DNA from: an uncultured Desulfospira sp. | Lineage (GTDB): Bacteria; Desulfobacterota; Desulfobacteria; Desulfobacterales; Desulfobacteraceae | Assembly: GCA_963663165.1 (NCBI GenBank) | Contig: OY760175.1 | Span: forward strand, 3,200,001 to 3,264,000 | DNA length: 64,000 nucleotides | Direction of reading: 5' to 3' | Shown: piece after piece, positions 41,541 to 52,650 of the stretch | How the letters are laid out: every line of letters starts with the position of its first letter | Position numbering within the stretch: the first letter of the stretch is position 1 | Notes under the pieces: model-generated | What the model was told of the DNA's origin: nothing | Seen by the model: the letters and a program-made list of their open reading frames with translations, nothing else | The model's database searches: none | Translations under genes and position numbers: made by a program

Positions 41541-41854
41541 ATACAGTCCCCCATCCATTGAAATGGACCTGATTCAACCATTCTTTTTTTGCCAAACCAC
41601 CGCACACCGGCAAGAAGGACAAAATCAGACATCAAAACTTAAATCAATTGCTGCAACAGGAAAAATTGCTACGATGTAGTACTTTTCAAGGTTAAAATGA
41701 AAAATTTATATGAAAGTCTCACTAACATCCTGAGAAGACTTTCGTTTTTTGTTGTGGACGGTTCTTGGTTGGATAACCAAGGCCGCCCGTGGCCGTTATT
41801 TAGAATCACACCATATCTCTTAATCACTAATCAAGGTTTGACCCCGCCCGTGAC

Positions 41855-44776
41855 CTATAGCATCTGTTTTAAATATGCTCCGGTATGGCTTTCCGGCTCC
41901 CGGGCCACTTTTTCCGGGGGGCCCTGGGCAACGATTTCACCGCCTTTTGCCCCCCCTTCAGGGCCGATATCCAGAATCCAGTCTGCGGTTTTGATGACAT
42001 CCAGGTTATGTTCAATAATGATGATGGTGTTGCCGGCATCCCGCAGCCGTTTTAACACCGACAGCAGCATTCTGACATCCTGGAAATGAAGCCCTGTGGT
42101 GGGTTCGTCCAGGATGTACAGGGTGTCTCCTGTGGCCTGCCGGGCCAGTTCCCGGGCCAGCTTGATCCGCTGGGCCTCTCCCCCGGACAGGGTGGTGGCG
42201 GCCTGGCCGAGCTTGATATAGGAGAGCCCCACATCCATGAGGGTGTCCAGAATCCTGAGGATTTTGGGATGATTTTCAAACAGGTCCCGGGCCTGGTGTA
42301 CGGACAGGTCCAGCACATCGGCAATGGAGTGGTCTTTATAGGTAATTTCCAGGGTAGAGCTGTTAAACCGTTTGCCTTGGCAGACCTCACAGGGGACAAA
42401 CACGTCGGCCAGGAAATGCATCTCCACCTTGATATAGCCGTCTCCCTGGCAGGCCTCGCACCGTCCGCCCTTTACATTAAAGGAGTACCGTCCCTTTTTA
42501 TACCCCCGGGCCTTGGATTCCGGCAGCATGGCAAACAGGTCCCGGATCGGATCAAACACCTTGGTATAGGTGGCCGGATTGCTTCTCGGGGTCCGGCCGA
42601 TGGGCTTCTGGTCGATATTGATCACCTTGTTTAAATGGGACAGGCCGGTGATGGTGCCGTGTTTTCCCACACTCATCTGGGAGTTGTGCAGGCGTACGGC
42701 CAGGGCCGGATAGAGGATCTGGTTGATCAGGGTGGATTTACCGGCCCCGGACACCCCGGTCACCGCCGTGATCAGGCCCAGGGGAATTTTTGCGGTAATG
42801 TTCTTTAAATTATTCTCCCTGGCCCCTTTAAGCGCAATCCAGCGCCCCTTTTCCGGTTTCTTCCGTTGTTCAGGCACCTTAATGGTTTCCCGGCCGGTCA
42901 GGAATTTCCCCGTGATGGATGCCGGGTTTTTCCGGATCTGATCCGGCGTGCCCTGGGCCACGATCTGTCCGCCCAGGTGGCCGGCCCCGGGACCCATGTC
43001 AATGATCCAGTCCGACTCTTCCATGGTTTCCTGGTCATGCTCCACCACGATCAGGGTATTGCCGATGTCCCGCAAATGCTGAAGGGTCCGCAGCAGCTTG
43101 ATGTTGTCCCTCTGGTGAAGGCCGATGGAGGGCTCGTCCAGGATATAAAGAACCCCGGTCAACTCGCTGCCCACCTGGGAGGCCAGCCGGATCCGCTGGG
43201 ACTCCCCGCCGGACAGGGTGGGGCCGCTCCGTTCCAGGGAGAGGTAATCCAGGCCCACGTTAACCAGAAACCCCAGGCGGTCGGATATTTCCTTAAGCAG
43301 CTCGGCCGCAATCAGCTTTTTGCTCCCCTCAAGGTCCAGGCCAATGATAAATTCATGGGCCTGGCGGATGGTCATGGCCGTGACATCAATGATGGATTTC
43401 CCGTTAATCAGCACATGAAGGATCTCCTCCCTGAGCCGCTTCCCCTGGCAGGCCTTGCAGGTGGAGGCGCTCATGAAAGCGGCATAAAATTTCTTCTGGG
43501 ACTCGGACTGGGTGGACTGGTACCGCCGCATCAGGGTGTGGATCAGCCCCTCATGGGTCCGGGTGAACTCACCGTTAACCCCCTTGGAGTTCCATCTCAC
43601 GGTCATGGCCCGGGAGCCGGACCCGTAAAGAATCAGGTCCCGGTGCTTTTGGGGCAGATCCTTCCACGGCTTGTCAAAATCAATTCCCCATTGCTCTTCC
43701 ATGGCCCGAAGCTGGCTTTTGCCCCAGGACTGATCACTGTGAGGGAACCGGGAGTTCTTTAAAAAATAATTTTTCCAGGGCACCACTGCCCCCTGCCGGA
43801 TGGCCAAGGCCGGGTCCGGCACAATTTTATCCGGGTCCATGGCCAGCAGGGTGCCGATGCCGTTGCAGTCCGGACACATGCCCAGGGGAGAGTTGAATGA
43901 AAAAATCTGGGGGATCAGTTCCGGGTAGGCAACGCCGCAGCAGGACCGGGCCTCGCTCATCTTCCGGTCTTCCCGGCCCAGGATGTGGACAATGATCTGG
44001 CCTTTCCCAAGCCTTAAGGCCGTCTCCACGGAATCCGTGAGCCGGGCCTGGAAATCCGTGTCTTTTTTAATGACCAGGCGGTCCACCACCACCTCGATAT
44101 TATGCTTTTTGTTCCGGGCCAGGGCCTGGACCGCCTCAAGTTCCTGGACCACCCCGTCCACCCGGACCCGGCCGTATCCCTCTTTTTGTAACTCTACCAG
44201 CCGTTCCCGGTGCTCCCCTTTCCGGTTTTCCACAATGGGGGCCAAGACCAATATTTTTGATTTTTCCGGCAGTTCCATGATCTGGGAGACCATGCCCTGG
44301 GCATGGCCCCGGCCCACCTGTTGTCCGCATTTGCAGCAGTGCTGGGTCCCCACCCGGGCAAACAGCACCCTTAAATAATCATAAATCTCGGTAATGGTGC
44401 CCACGGTAGACCGGGGATTTTTGGACGCCGCTTTCTGCTCAATGGCAATGGTGGGGGAAAGCCCCCGGATGGTCTCGTACTTTGGTTTTTCCATCTGCCC
44501 GATAAACTGCCGGGCATAGGAGGACAACGACTCCACATACCGTCTCTGCCCCTCGGCAAATATGGTGTCAAAGGCCAGGCTGGACTTGCCCGATCCGGAC
44601 ACCCCCGTGACCACCACCAGCTTTTTTTTGGGAATTTCCACATCAATGTTCTTGAGGTTATGCTCTCTGGCCCCTTTGACAATGATGGTGTTCAACTCTT
44701 TGGACGCCTGTGGCAAAACCGGATCAACTTCTGCCGGAACAACCGGGCCGGCACAGGCACAACTGCCGTCTTTCAT
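41855..44776 (-). CDS. uvrA: Excinuclease ABC subunit A
   Basis: [37 protein letters not shown], two ABC domains, zinc fingers. Confidence 0.97.
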   Translation of the reverse strand: MKDGSCACAGPVVPAEVDPVLPQASKELNTIIVKGAREHNLKNIDVEIPKKKLVVVTGVSGSGKSSLAFDTIFAEGQRRYVESLSSYARQFIGQMEKPKYETIRGLSPTIAIEQKAASKNPRSTVGTITEIYDYLRVLFARVGTQHCCKCGQQVGRGHAQGMVSQIMELPEKSKILVLAPIVENRKGEHRERLVELQKEGYGRVRVDGVVQELEAVQALARNKKHNIEVVVDRLVIKKDTDFQARLTDSVETALRLGKGQIIVHILGREDRKMSEARSCCGVAYPELIPQIFSFNSPLGMCPDCNGIGTLLAMDPDKIVPDPALAIRQGAVVPWKNYFLKNSRFPHSDQSWGKSQLRAMEEQWGIDFDKPWKDLPQKHRDLILYGSGSRAMTVRWNSKGVNGEFTRTHEGLIHTLMRRYQSTQSESQKKFYAAFMSASTCKACQGKRLREEILHVLINGKSIIDVTAMTIRQAHEFIIGLDLEGSKKLIAAELLKEISDRLGFLVNVGLDYLSLERSGPTLSGGESQRIRLASQVGSELTGVLYILDEPSIGLHQRDNIKLLRTLQHLRDIGNTLIVVEHDQETMEESDWIIDMGPGAGHLGGQIVAQGTPDQIRKNPASITGKFLTGRETIKVPEQRKKPEKGRWIALKGARENNLKNITAKIPLGLITAVTGVSGAGKSTLINQILYPALAVRLHNSQMSVGKHGTITGLSHLNKVINIDQKPIGRTPRSNPATYTKVFDPIRDLFAMLPESKARGYKKGRYSFNVKGGRCEACQGDGYIKVEMHFLADVFVPCEVCQGKRFNSSTLEITYKDHSIADVLDLSVHQARDLFENHPKILRILDTLMDVGLSYIKLGQAATTLSGGEAQRIKLARELARQATGDTLYILDEPTTGLHFQDVRMLLSVLKRLRDAGNTIIIIEHNLDVIKTADWILDIGPEGGAKGGEIVAQGPPEKVAREPESHTGAYLKQML

Positions 44777-45201
44777 ATATATTGTCTCACCTGTTTATCA
44801 AATTGTATTTCATGGCTCACAGCGGATTGCTGACAGCTAGAAAAAACCATAAGCACGACAGAAAAAAAGTAAACTAAAAATTGAGGAAGACCGCATAACG
44901 GAAGCCGCTTCAGGAACCGATACGGCATCTTGCCCTTGATCATGGACCAGGGGGGGGCAACCCCCTGAATTCCCCGGTTGGACAAAGGCCGATTGGCAAC
45001 TTGACAGCATCCGAATGCTGCCATTTGGTCTGTCAAAATTAATTTTTAATCTTTTTTTAACACGTTCCTTGACAAAAACTAACCTTACATCTTATATCAT
45101 TGCTAAAAAAGATAATTAGCCAAATAAAATATTTGTTATCTTATAAAAACAATTTGACAAGCTTGTTTGCTGTTAAATCGCTGCATATCAGGAGGCCTAA
45201 A

Positions 45202-45531
45202 TTGATTGGAAAACCGTTCCGGAAATTCTTACTGCCCCTGGCGATTTCATTCTTATTTTCCGCTTCTTCCATCGCCGAAACCATAACCTGTGAATACGAC
45301 CATCATAACCGGATTGTTAAAATGGAAAAATCCGATGATTACGTCATTGAGTATTTTTACGATGATGCAGGAAACCGCACACAAACCATAACCCAGGTTC
45401 AAAGCCCTGCATTTGACCATGATTCAGACGCAGACATTGACGGGGCTGACCTGCAGCATTTTATTTTGAATTTCAGCGGCTCCACCGGGGATCTTTTTGA
45501 TTTCTCGCAGATTTTCGGCACTCAAAACTGA
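45202..45531 (+). CDS. Small secreted YD-repeat protein with a dockerin/EF-hand-like tail
   Basis: GGAGG RBS and TTG start, signal peptide, YDHHNR..YFYDDAGNRT, DHDSDADIDGADL. Confidence 0.7.
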   Translation: MIGKPFRKFLLPLAISFLFSASSIAETITCEYDHHNRIVKMEKSDDYVIEYFYDDAGNRTQTITQVQSPAFDHDSDADIDGADLQHFILNFSGSTGDLFDFSQIFGTQN

Positions 45532-45551
45532 TTTTTCAAAAGGAGAGACCC

Positions 45552-48500
45552 ATGCTTTCGTTTTTTGAGAAAAAAGATATTCCCCGAAAAAATAAAGCCC
45601 CTTCGGGGGGAACCAGACGGTCCGCATTTTGTGTTCCCTTGTTATGGCTTTTGTGTTTGATTAATCTTTGTGTTTTCACAGCGCCCCTGGTTCATGCCGG
45701 TGTATCCGGACCCGGATGGGCCAATGTCCGGGGCCAGGGGGTCACGCCTGAACAGGCAAAGGCATATTATGCACAAAAAAAAGCGCTATCCCTGGAAGCC
45801 ATGTCATTGCTTTCGGAAGAAGGATTGGCAACAGAGGCCACATCAGAAATTGTCGAATTGGCCCGGGGCCTGAACTACGAGCCCAAACTGATTTATGAGT
45901 ATGTGAAAAATCATGTGGACTATGTTCCCTATTTCGGATCGCTCAAAGGGGCCACCCTGACTTACCTTGACGGCTCCGGAAACGACTTTGACCAGGCATC
46001 GCTGATGATCTCTCTATTAAGGGCCAGCGGATATGAAGCCCAATATATTTACGGCACCATGGCCATCCCGGCCTGGGGGGCTGCCGGCCAAAAAGACATG
46101 CAGCACTGGCTGGGCGTCACTGCCGATAATATAGTCGCCGTTATCAATGTGGTCAATTCAATGCTGATAAACGGCGGCATTCCCGGAACCCCCGGCACAA
46201 CCTTTGAGATGGACCGGGTATGGGTCAGCGCCGTGATAGACGGGACCACTTATGTGTTTGATCCGGCGTTTAAGGTATATGAAACCGTTTCCGGAATAGA
46301 TCTTACAGACGCCATGGGATACGACCAGGCAGCGCTGCTTTCGGCTGCCGGCGGCACCCGGGGAACGGACTATATCCGGAATTTAAACGAATCCGCCTTA
46401 CGGACAAAACTGAACACTTACTCCGCCAGCTTATTCAACACCATCCGGGACAACACCCCCAACGCGCACATGGAGGAAGTCGTCGGCGGCAGGCAGATTG
46501 TTCCCGAGTATTCGGACGATCTTCCCACAAGTCTCGAGTTTACAGTCATAACTCAGGAAGATCCCTGGGATGAAATCCCGGATGAATACAGCCATACCAT
46601 CACTATCCGGCACGGTGGCATCGACATAACAAAAGATATAGCAAGCCTTGGGGGCAAACGGCTGTCTTTGACCTATCAGGATGCAGAAGGCAGCACAATG
46701 ACTGCTCTTTCAACAGATTCCCTTTTGTTCTTAACAAAAGCAGATACCGGGCTGTCGGCCGTCTCTATAGAGGGGCCGTCTTCGGTAGAAATGGGGCAGC
46801 CGGCCGACTCAACCCTGTCGCCGGATATACAGGTGACGGCTCCGGATATTGAGGGCGGCGGCATGATAAGCACCAAAGGGACGTCCAGCCAGAGTTTCGG
46901 GCGGATCTACCCGTCTTCTGTGGGATCAAGCTCGAGCTCGGTAACATGGGGGCCATCTGCTCCCAGCACCAATACGGTGACCATTCAACTTGTCGTAAGC
47001 CTGACAAGCAACCCCCAGAGTGCTTATACCATCACCGCCGGGTCGGGAACCCATAACCTGGCACCGGGAAAGGGTGTGAACGTTACGGTTAAATTTTCCA
47101 ACAGCGGACAGTCAGCGGGCACCAAAACCGGCCAACTGAGGTTTCAGTGGAAACATGGCGGGGCCGTTTTTCAAACCGACTATATCAACCTGACCGGCGT
47201 TGTGGCCAATGCGCCGGACATTTCCCTTGGAGGCATCAATTTCGGGCAGGCCATTTTGAACGATCCGCGCACGGCTACGGCCACACTGACGAACAACGGC
47301 TTAAAATATTTATCCCTGACAAGCAACATTGTATTATCAACAGGAAATACCGGCAGATTCCAGATCACATCCAATTACAGAACCGGAAACCTTGCCGCAG
47401 GCGCCACAAGAAATATGGGGGTTACGTATAAAGCAGATGTCCGGGGCTCACACGCTACAGGCATGGCACTCGCCTTCACCTACGACGAGTTGCCTTATAC
47501 CTGGACCTATTCCAATGTTCTGGCAGGAAGCACCCATTACGAACCTGACCTGACAGGGTCCTACAATCCGCCCTCCTGGCAGACATATATGGGGAACAGC
47601 AAATCCGGCAACTGCATTCTCAAAAATTCAGGAAGTTTAAACCTGTCTGTTACAAGCCTTGAAATTACCGGCACGGACGCAGCCCGGTTTGAACTTACAG
47701 GCAATACATCGGCTGGCACTCTCTCTTCCGGGCAGGAACGGGAAATTGAGGTTGAATACAAGGGAGACAGCGTGGGAAGCCATACGGCTTCCGTGCGGGT
47801 CTATTTTTCATATGACGGACGGGCAAGCTATGTTGACTTTTCCTTATCCGGCGAGACCCTTGCAACGCCATTGGCCCGGCTCTGGCTGGATGACACCCTG
47901 ATCGCAGAAGAGACCGCTCCGGTATCCGGGGACGACCTGGATACCATGTTCCTTACCATTACGCATCCTTATCCCGGAGAAGACGGGGATTTTGCCGATC
48001 AGGAAGACATTGAATACCCCATGAAGCGGGGCTCGAATTATTATACCATTATCTATGATTTTGGCGGCAGCCGGGATGGAAGGGTTCTTGAAAAACGCCA
48101 ACGGCAATTAAATACTTACCGCCAGTCCGGGTATGGGGATGGCTCCCGGGAGGTGATCACTGAAGCCCTTAATGTGATGGGCATGACCTGGATGCGGGAC
48201 ACCACGCTAAATGCAACACTGCTGGGAGAAATATCCGGTGTTTTGGGCACCTGGCACCACCGGTTCGGGGTGGTGGCCCAGGAGAGCGGGTATTATATTG
48301 ATGTCAAGGCCCAATCATGTTCCAGCACGTCAAGACACGGAGACGCCGGGGCTGAACAGGCGCATTTCAAGGCCATGAGCCATTTGGCCAGCGCCATGGA
48401 ACATGGGGTCCTGGAACAGATGCAGGTGGACAGCCCGGCGGTCTCGACCGTCAAGCTCTTTGCCCTCAGCAATGAAGCCGGAGATAAGATCTTTGAAGTC

Positions 48501-51500
48501 ACTTCCGATAACTATTCGGACATCGAATCTGAGCTTTCCAACTACAGCGACAAAGACCTGGCCACACTTCAGGCACTGGCAGCCGGCGGCAGCACCCTGA
48601 TCCTTCCGGCCAACGGCCGGATCGGCCTGGAAGCATGGGCCGGCAAAGCCTATATCGAATATGAAATTGAAGGTGACGGGGCCATGCACTGCGGCATGAT
48701 CATCGGCGGTGATTATTACGGCGGCTACAGCGTTTTAAAAGACCGGGCCGTTAACGCATATCAAACCGCAACAGCGGCCATTGCCCAAATATGGTCCTCA
48801 ATCACCGACTTTAAAATAGCCTCCACAGACCCGGTGGACATGGTCACCGGCACTTTTATGGCCAGCAATACCGATCTTGCCCTGGCCGGGGGCGCGGGCG
48901 GCCTGGCCTTTAAACGAAGCTATTTTGGGGCCAACCACCAGATGGACAGCATCCTTGGCTACGGCTGGTCTCACAACTGCGATCTGTATGCCCAGGTGCA
49001 TTCCAGCTCGCCCATGGGGCTTGGCACCCGCCTGCCCGCGGATGCAGCGGCCCTGATCACGGCATCGGTGGTGATCCTGGATCTCATGGCCGGTGATACG
49101 GATCTTGCGGACTGGATGGCCTGTGCCCTGACCGGCCAATGGGCCATGGACAACCTGACCGACAATGCCGTGAGCATCCACCTGGAATCCGATGTACTCA
49201 CCTATATCAGGCAGCCTGACGGCTCCTTTGGCCTGCCCCCGGGGGTGAATGCAAGGCTTTCCCTTGATTCGGGGGGGTACCGCCTGGATGACCGGTTCGA
49301 TAAAACCATCCTGTTCAATGGGGACAACAAAGTCAGCACCATCACCGATGCCGACGGCAACGCCGTCACATTCGCCTATTCCGGGGATAACCTTGCTTCG
49401 GTATCCGATGATTTCGGGCACAGCCTCACCTTTGCCTATTCCGGCGAAAAGCTCTCTTCGGTAACCGACTCCGCGGGAAGAAGTGTTTCCTTTAACTATA
49501 CCGGGGATAACCTGGCCACTTACACCGACCCGGAAAACAAGGCCTGGGTCTACGGGTATGACTCAGACCACCGGATCACCACCCTGGCCAACCCGGAAGG
49601 CATTACCACGGTCACCAATGCTTACGACAGCCTGGGCCGGGTCATGACCCAGACCGTGCCAAGGCAGTCCGGCACGGCAGGTTACAACCTTTACTTTACC
49701 GGATACCGGAACATTGAAGAAGACAGTGACGGCAACCAAACCATATACCACTACGACCGCCGCCAAAGGCTGATCGCCCTGGAAGACGCCCTGGGCAGCA
49801 AGACAAGCCATTCTTATGACGGCCAGAACCATGTCATCCAAACCACCGACCCCCGGGGCAACACCACCCTGTACGAATATGACGGCAGCAACAACCTTGT
49901 CATGTCAACCGACGCCCTGGGCTATGAGACCACCAATGTTTATGACGTGGATTTTCACTTAACGGATGTAACCGATCCCCTGGGCAATCTGGTCCACTAT
50001 AAGTTTGATGAAGAACACCACCTGGTCAACACCGCAGTATACCCGGAGTCCGGCCAGAGCATCGAAACATCTGCCACGTTTTACGCCAACGGCCTGCCCC
50101 ATATTTCAACCGACGCAAGGGGCATTGCCACCACCCTGACCTATGACGCTTACGGCAACCCTGCCGCCAGCCAGACCGCATCCGCCCCGGCCGTCACCTA
50201 CACTTATGACGGAACCGGGCTGATGACGTCCCTGACGGACCAGAAAAGCCAGACCACGGCATTTGCCTATGACAACCGGGGCCTATTAGAGACCCGGACC
50301 GATCCCCTGAGCAAATCCATGGTCCTGGCCTATACCGGTGACGGAAAAATCAGCACCATCACGGACAGGAACAACGATACGGTGACTTATGCTTATACGG
50401 ATTCAGGCAAGATCGGCACGGTCTCCTTCCCGGCCGGGACTCCCATCACATACACCTATGATAACCGGGACAACCTGGTTGCCATGGCGGACAGCACAGG
50501 CACCACCGCCTTTGCCTATGATGCGGTCAACCGGCTGGTTGCCCGGACCGACGCCAGAGGGTTCACCGCAGCATACACATACGATGAAGCCGGAAACCCG
50601 GCCACCCTGAGCTACCCGGACGGCAACACCGTCACCTACACCTATGATGAGCTCAACCGCCTTGCAACGGTCACAGACTGGCTGGGCCGGACCGCAGTAT
50701 ATGATTATGACGCTGCCGGCCGGCTCACCACGCTCACCCAGTTCAACGGAACCCGGGCCGATTACACCTATGACAACGCCAACCGGCTCACCGGCCTTTC
50801 CAACCTGGCCGAAACCGGCGGTGACGTCATTGCCTCCTATTCCTTTACCCTGGACGGCAACGGCAACCGGACCGGCGTCACCCAGGAGACTCCCTTAACG
50901 CTGAACCTGACCGCCGCCACCGTGGATTACACCGTGGGCAGCGCCAACCGCCTGGAAAGCGCCGGCACCGGCAGCTTTGCCTATGACGATGAAGGGCAGC
51001 TCATCTCCGCTTACGGCAGCACCCTCACCTTTGACTATGAACACCGGCTGACCGGCATTGCCGGTGAAACAACAAGCCAGTTCAAATACGACGGGGCCGG
51101 CAACCGCCTGGAAGCCGACCGCAACGGGACTGTTACCCGGTACATCTACGACGATTCGGGCAACCTCCTGGCCGAGGCGGACAGCAGCAACCAGATTACC
51201 CGGTACTACATTTACGGGGCAGGCCTCCTGGCCATGGTGGACACTGCCAACACCATGTACTGCTACCACTTTGACGCCACCGGCCACACCATTGCCATGA
51301 CAGACAATGCCAAAGCCATTGTCAACGCCTATGCCTATACCCCCTTCGGCATCCTCGCCAATCAAACCCAAACCATTGAACAGCCGTTCAAGTTCGTGGG
51401 CCAATACGGGGTCATGGCCGAAGACAACGGCTGGTATTATATGCGGGCCAGATATTATGACCCGGAAACCGGCCGGTTCATCTCGGAAGACCCGCTCGGA

Positions 51501-51950
51501 TTTGACGGCGGAGATGTTAACCTGTATGTTTATGCCTCAAATAATCCTGTTATGTTCATTGATCCGTTGGGATTGTGTACGGAATATAATTCAGGAACAC
51601 TTTTCCGTACGCTAGTTCCTGGGCAAATTGCATGGGATAATGCTATGACTTCATTTAACCAAGGAGATTATACTTCTGCTGGTCTATCTACAGTTGAAAT
51701 GCTTGGAGAGCAAGTGTTGACAGTATTAACATTAGGTGAAAGCCAGGCAATTGCTCAATCAAGCAAACAAGCTACAGATGCTGCATTTAAGTATGCTTTT
51801 GGGAAAGGGGGTCTTCTTAACAGTAACAGATACCTTCGATTAGGTGTCGGTCGAAAAGGAGGGGAAAAAGTATTTCGTGCTAGTGGGCAGTGGATAAATA
51901 AAATTTCAAAATCAGGCCACATTGATCTTTTTAAAATGGGGAAATTATAG
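45552..51950 (+). CDS. Rhs/YD-repeat polymorphic toxin with signal peptide, transglutaminase-like and Ig-like N-terminal domains
   Basis: Hydrophobic leader ending VHA; GSGNDFDQASL.LLRASG; DPVDMVTG; YD repeats; RARYYDPETGRFISEDP...NNPVMFIDPLG; AT-rich C-terminal tip. Confidence 0.92.
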   Translation: MLSFFEKKDIPRKNKAPSGGTRRSAFCVPLLWLLCLINLCVFTAPLVHAGVSGPGWANVRGQGVTPEQAKAYYAQKKALSLEAMSLLSEEGLATEATSEIVELARGLNYEPKLIYEYVKNHVDYVPYFGSLKGATLTYLDGSGNDFDQASLMISLLRASGYEAQYIYGTMAIPAWGAAGQKDMQHWLGVTADNIVAVINVVNSMLINGGIPGTPGTTFEMDRVWVSAVIDGTTYVFDPAFKVYETVSGIDLTDAMGYDQAALLSAAGGTRGTDYIRNLNESALRTKLNTYSASLFNTIRDNTPNAHMEEVVGGRQIVPEYSDDLPTSLEFTVITQEDPWDEIPDEYSHTITIRHGGIDITKDIASLGGKRLSLTYQDAEGSTMTALSTDSLLFLTKADTGLSAVSIEGPSSVEMGQPADSTLSPDIQVTAPDIEGGGMISTKGTSSQSFGRIYPSSVGSSSSSVTWGPSAPSTNTVTIQLVVSLTSNPQSAYTITAGSGTHNLAPGKGVNVTVKFSNSGQSAGTKTGQLRFQWKHGGAVFQTDYINLTGVVANAPDISLGGINFGQAILNDPRTATATLTNNGLKYLSLTSNIVLSTGNTGRFQITSNYRTGNLAAGATRNMGVTYKADVRGSHATGMALAFTYDELPYTWTYSNVLAGSTHYEPDLTGSYNPPSWQTYMGNSKSGNCILKNSGSLNLSVTSLEITGTDAARFELTGNTSAGTLSSGQEREIEVEYKGDSVGSHTASVRVYFSYDGRASYVDFSLSGETLATPLARLWLDDTLIAEETAPVSGDDLDTMFLTITHPYPGEDGDFADQEDIEYPMKRGSNYYTIIYDFGGSRDGRVLEKRQRQLNTYRQSGYGDGSREVITEALNVMGMTWMRDTTLNATLLGEISGVLGTWHHRFGVVAQESGYYIDVKAQSCSSTSRHGDAGAEQAHFKAMSHLASAMEHGVLEQMQVDSPAVSTVKLFALSNEAGDKIFEVTSDNYSDIESELSNYSDKDLATLQALAAGGSTLILPANGRIGLEAWAGKAYIEYEIEGDGAMHCGMIIGGDYYGGYSVLKDRAVNAYQTATAAIAQIWSSITDFKIASTDPVDMVTGTFMASNTDLALAGGAGGLAFKRSYFGANHQMDSILGYGWSHNCDLYAQVHSSSPMGLGTRLPADAAALITASVVILDLMAGDTDLADWMACALTGQWAMDNLTDNAVSIHLESDVLTYIRQPDGSFGLPPGVNARLSLDSGGYRLDDRFDKTILFNGDNKVSTITDADGNAVTFAYSGDNLASVSDDFGHSLTFAYSGEKLSSVTDSAGRSVSFNYTGDNLATYTDPENKAWVYGYDSDHRITTLANPEGITTVTNAYDSLGRVMTQTVPRQSGTAGYNLYFTGYRNIEEDSDGNQTIYHYDRRQRLIALEDALGSKTSHSYDGQNHVIQTTDPRGNTTLYEYDGSNNLVMSTDALGYETTNVYDVDFHLTDVTDPLGNLVHYKFDEEHHLVNTAVYPESGQSIETSATFYANGLPHISTDARGIATTLTYDAYGNPAASQTASAPAVTYTYDGTGLMTSLTDQKSQTTAFAYDNRGLLETRTDPLSKSMVLAYTGDGKISTITDRNNDTVTYAYTDSGKIGTVSFPAGTPITYTYDNRDNLVAMADSTGTTAFAYDAVNRLVARTDARGFTAAYTYDEAGNPATLSYPDGNTVTYTYDELNRLATVTDWLGRTAVYDYDAAGRLTTLTQFNGTRADYTYDNANRLTGLSNLAETGGDVIASYSFTLDGNGNRTGVTQETPLTLNLTAATVDYTVGSANRLESAGTGSFAYDDEGQLISAYGSTLTFDYEHRLTGIAGETTSQFKYDGAGNRLEADRNGTVTRYIYDDSGNLLAEADSSNQITRYYIYGAGLLAMVDTANTMYCYHFDATGHTIAMTDNAKAIVNAYAYTPFGILANQTQTIEQPFKFVGQYGVMAEDNGWYYMRARYYDPETGRFISEDPLGFDGGDVNLYVYASNNPVMFIDPLGLCTEYNSGTLFRTLVPGQIAWDNAMTSFNQGDYTSAGLSTVEMLGEQVLTVLTLGESQAIAQSSKQATDAAFKYAFGKGGLLNSNRYLRLGVGRKGGEKVFRASGQWINKISKSGHIDLFKMGKL

Positions 51951-51970
51951 ATTGTCTATGTAGAATTATC

Positions 51971-52249
51971 ATGAAAAAACTTACAACCTTTCAAATAAAA
52001 TGCGAAGATAAGGCGATGGAACTCTTATCCCGACATGGTATAGTTCTTCAAAACAGAAATTTAGGTGGAGAAAGCGAAATTTATATCCATGCTCGATTAA
52101 AGGATACGGAAATTTGGATTTATGAAGATGAAGCAATGATTTACGGGAATGGAAAAGACATCCGTTTTGAGTCCCCAGACTATGATACGGAGGATCAATT
52201 GATTGAAGCCTTTATTTCTGGTTTAAAATCTGTGCTTAACAGTGATTAA
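51971..52249 (+). CDS. Putative immunity protein for Rhs toxin 1
   Basis: Small acidic AT-rich ORF directly after the Rhs tip. Confidence 0.65.
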   Translation: MKKLTTFQIKCEDKAMELLSRHGIVLQNRNLGGESEIYIHARLKDTEIWIYEDEAMIYGNGKDIRFESPDYDTEDQLIEAFISGLKSVLNSD

Positions 52250-52327
52250 GGAAAATACTTATAAATTTCACCCCGATTCAGGAACCTGGCAAAAGGCCAT
52301 GGGGCCAGGTTTGACATTCTGACATAC

Positions 52328-52366
52328 TAACACCGGGTCTTGATCGCTGATCAAGACCCGGTGTTA
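52328..52366. repeat. Perfect 18-bp-stem hairpin
   Basis: taacaccgggtcttgatc-gct-gatcaagacccggtgtta; truncated copy at 57482-57513. Confidence 0.8.
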
Positions 52367-52650
52367 TTTTTAACTGCCTTAAAAGTCCCTTGAAGGGCAC
52401 CATGTTGAGCGAGGCGAATAAATCACCGTTGAGCAGAGCGAATAAGGCAGGACGCAAAGTAGACCCCTTTGAAAAAGTGGGCCTACTTTGCATGTCCTGT
52501 CACCCTAACGCTCTATCTTTTTATGGCTTAATCTGATTTTTTATATTTGATATGTGGCGGGGTCGGGCCGAGCTAATAGAGTGAAATATATGAAAATACC
52601 ATTAAAAGATATCCTTAAAACAGGCTTAAGTTGACGTTTTTGGGTGCAAA

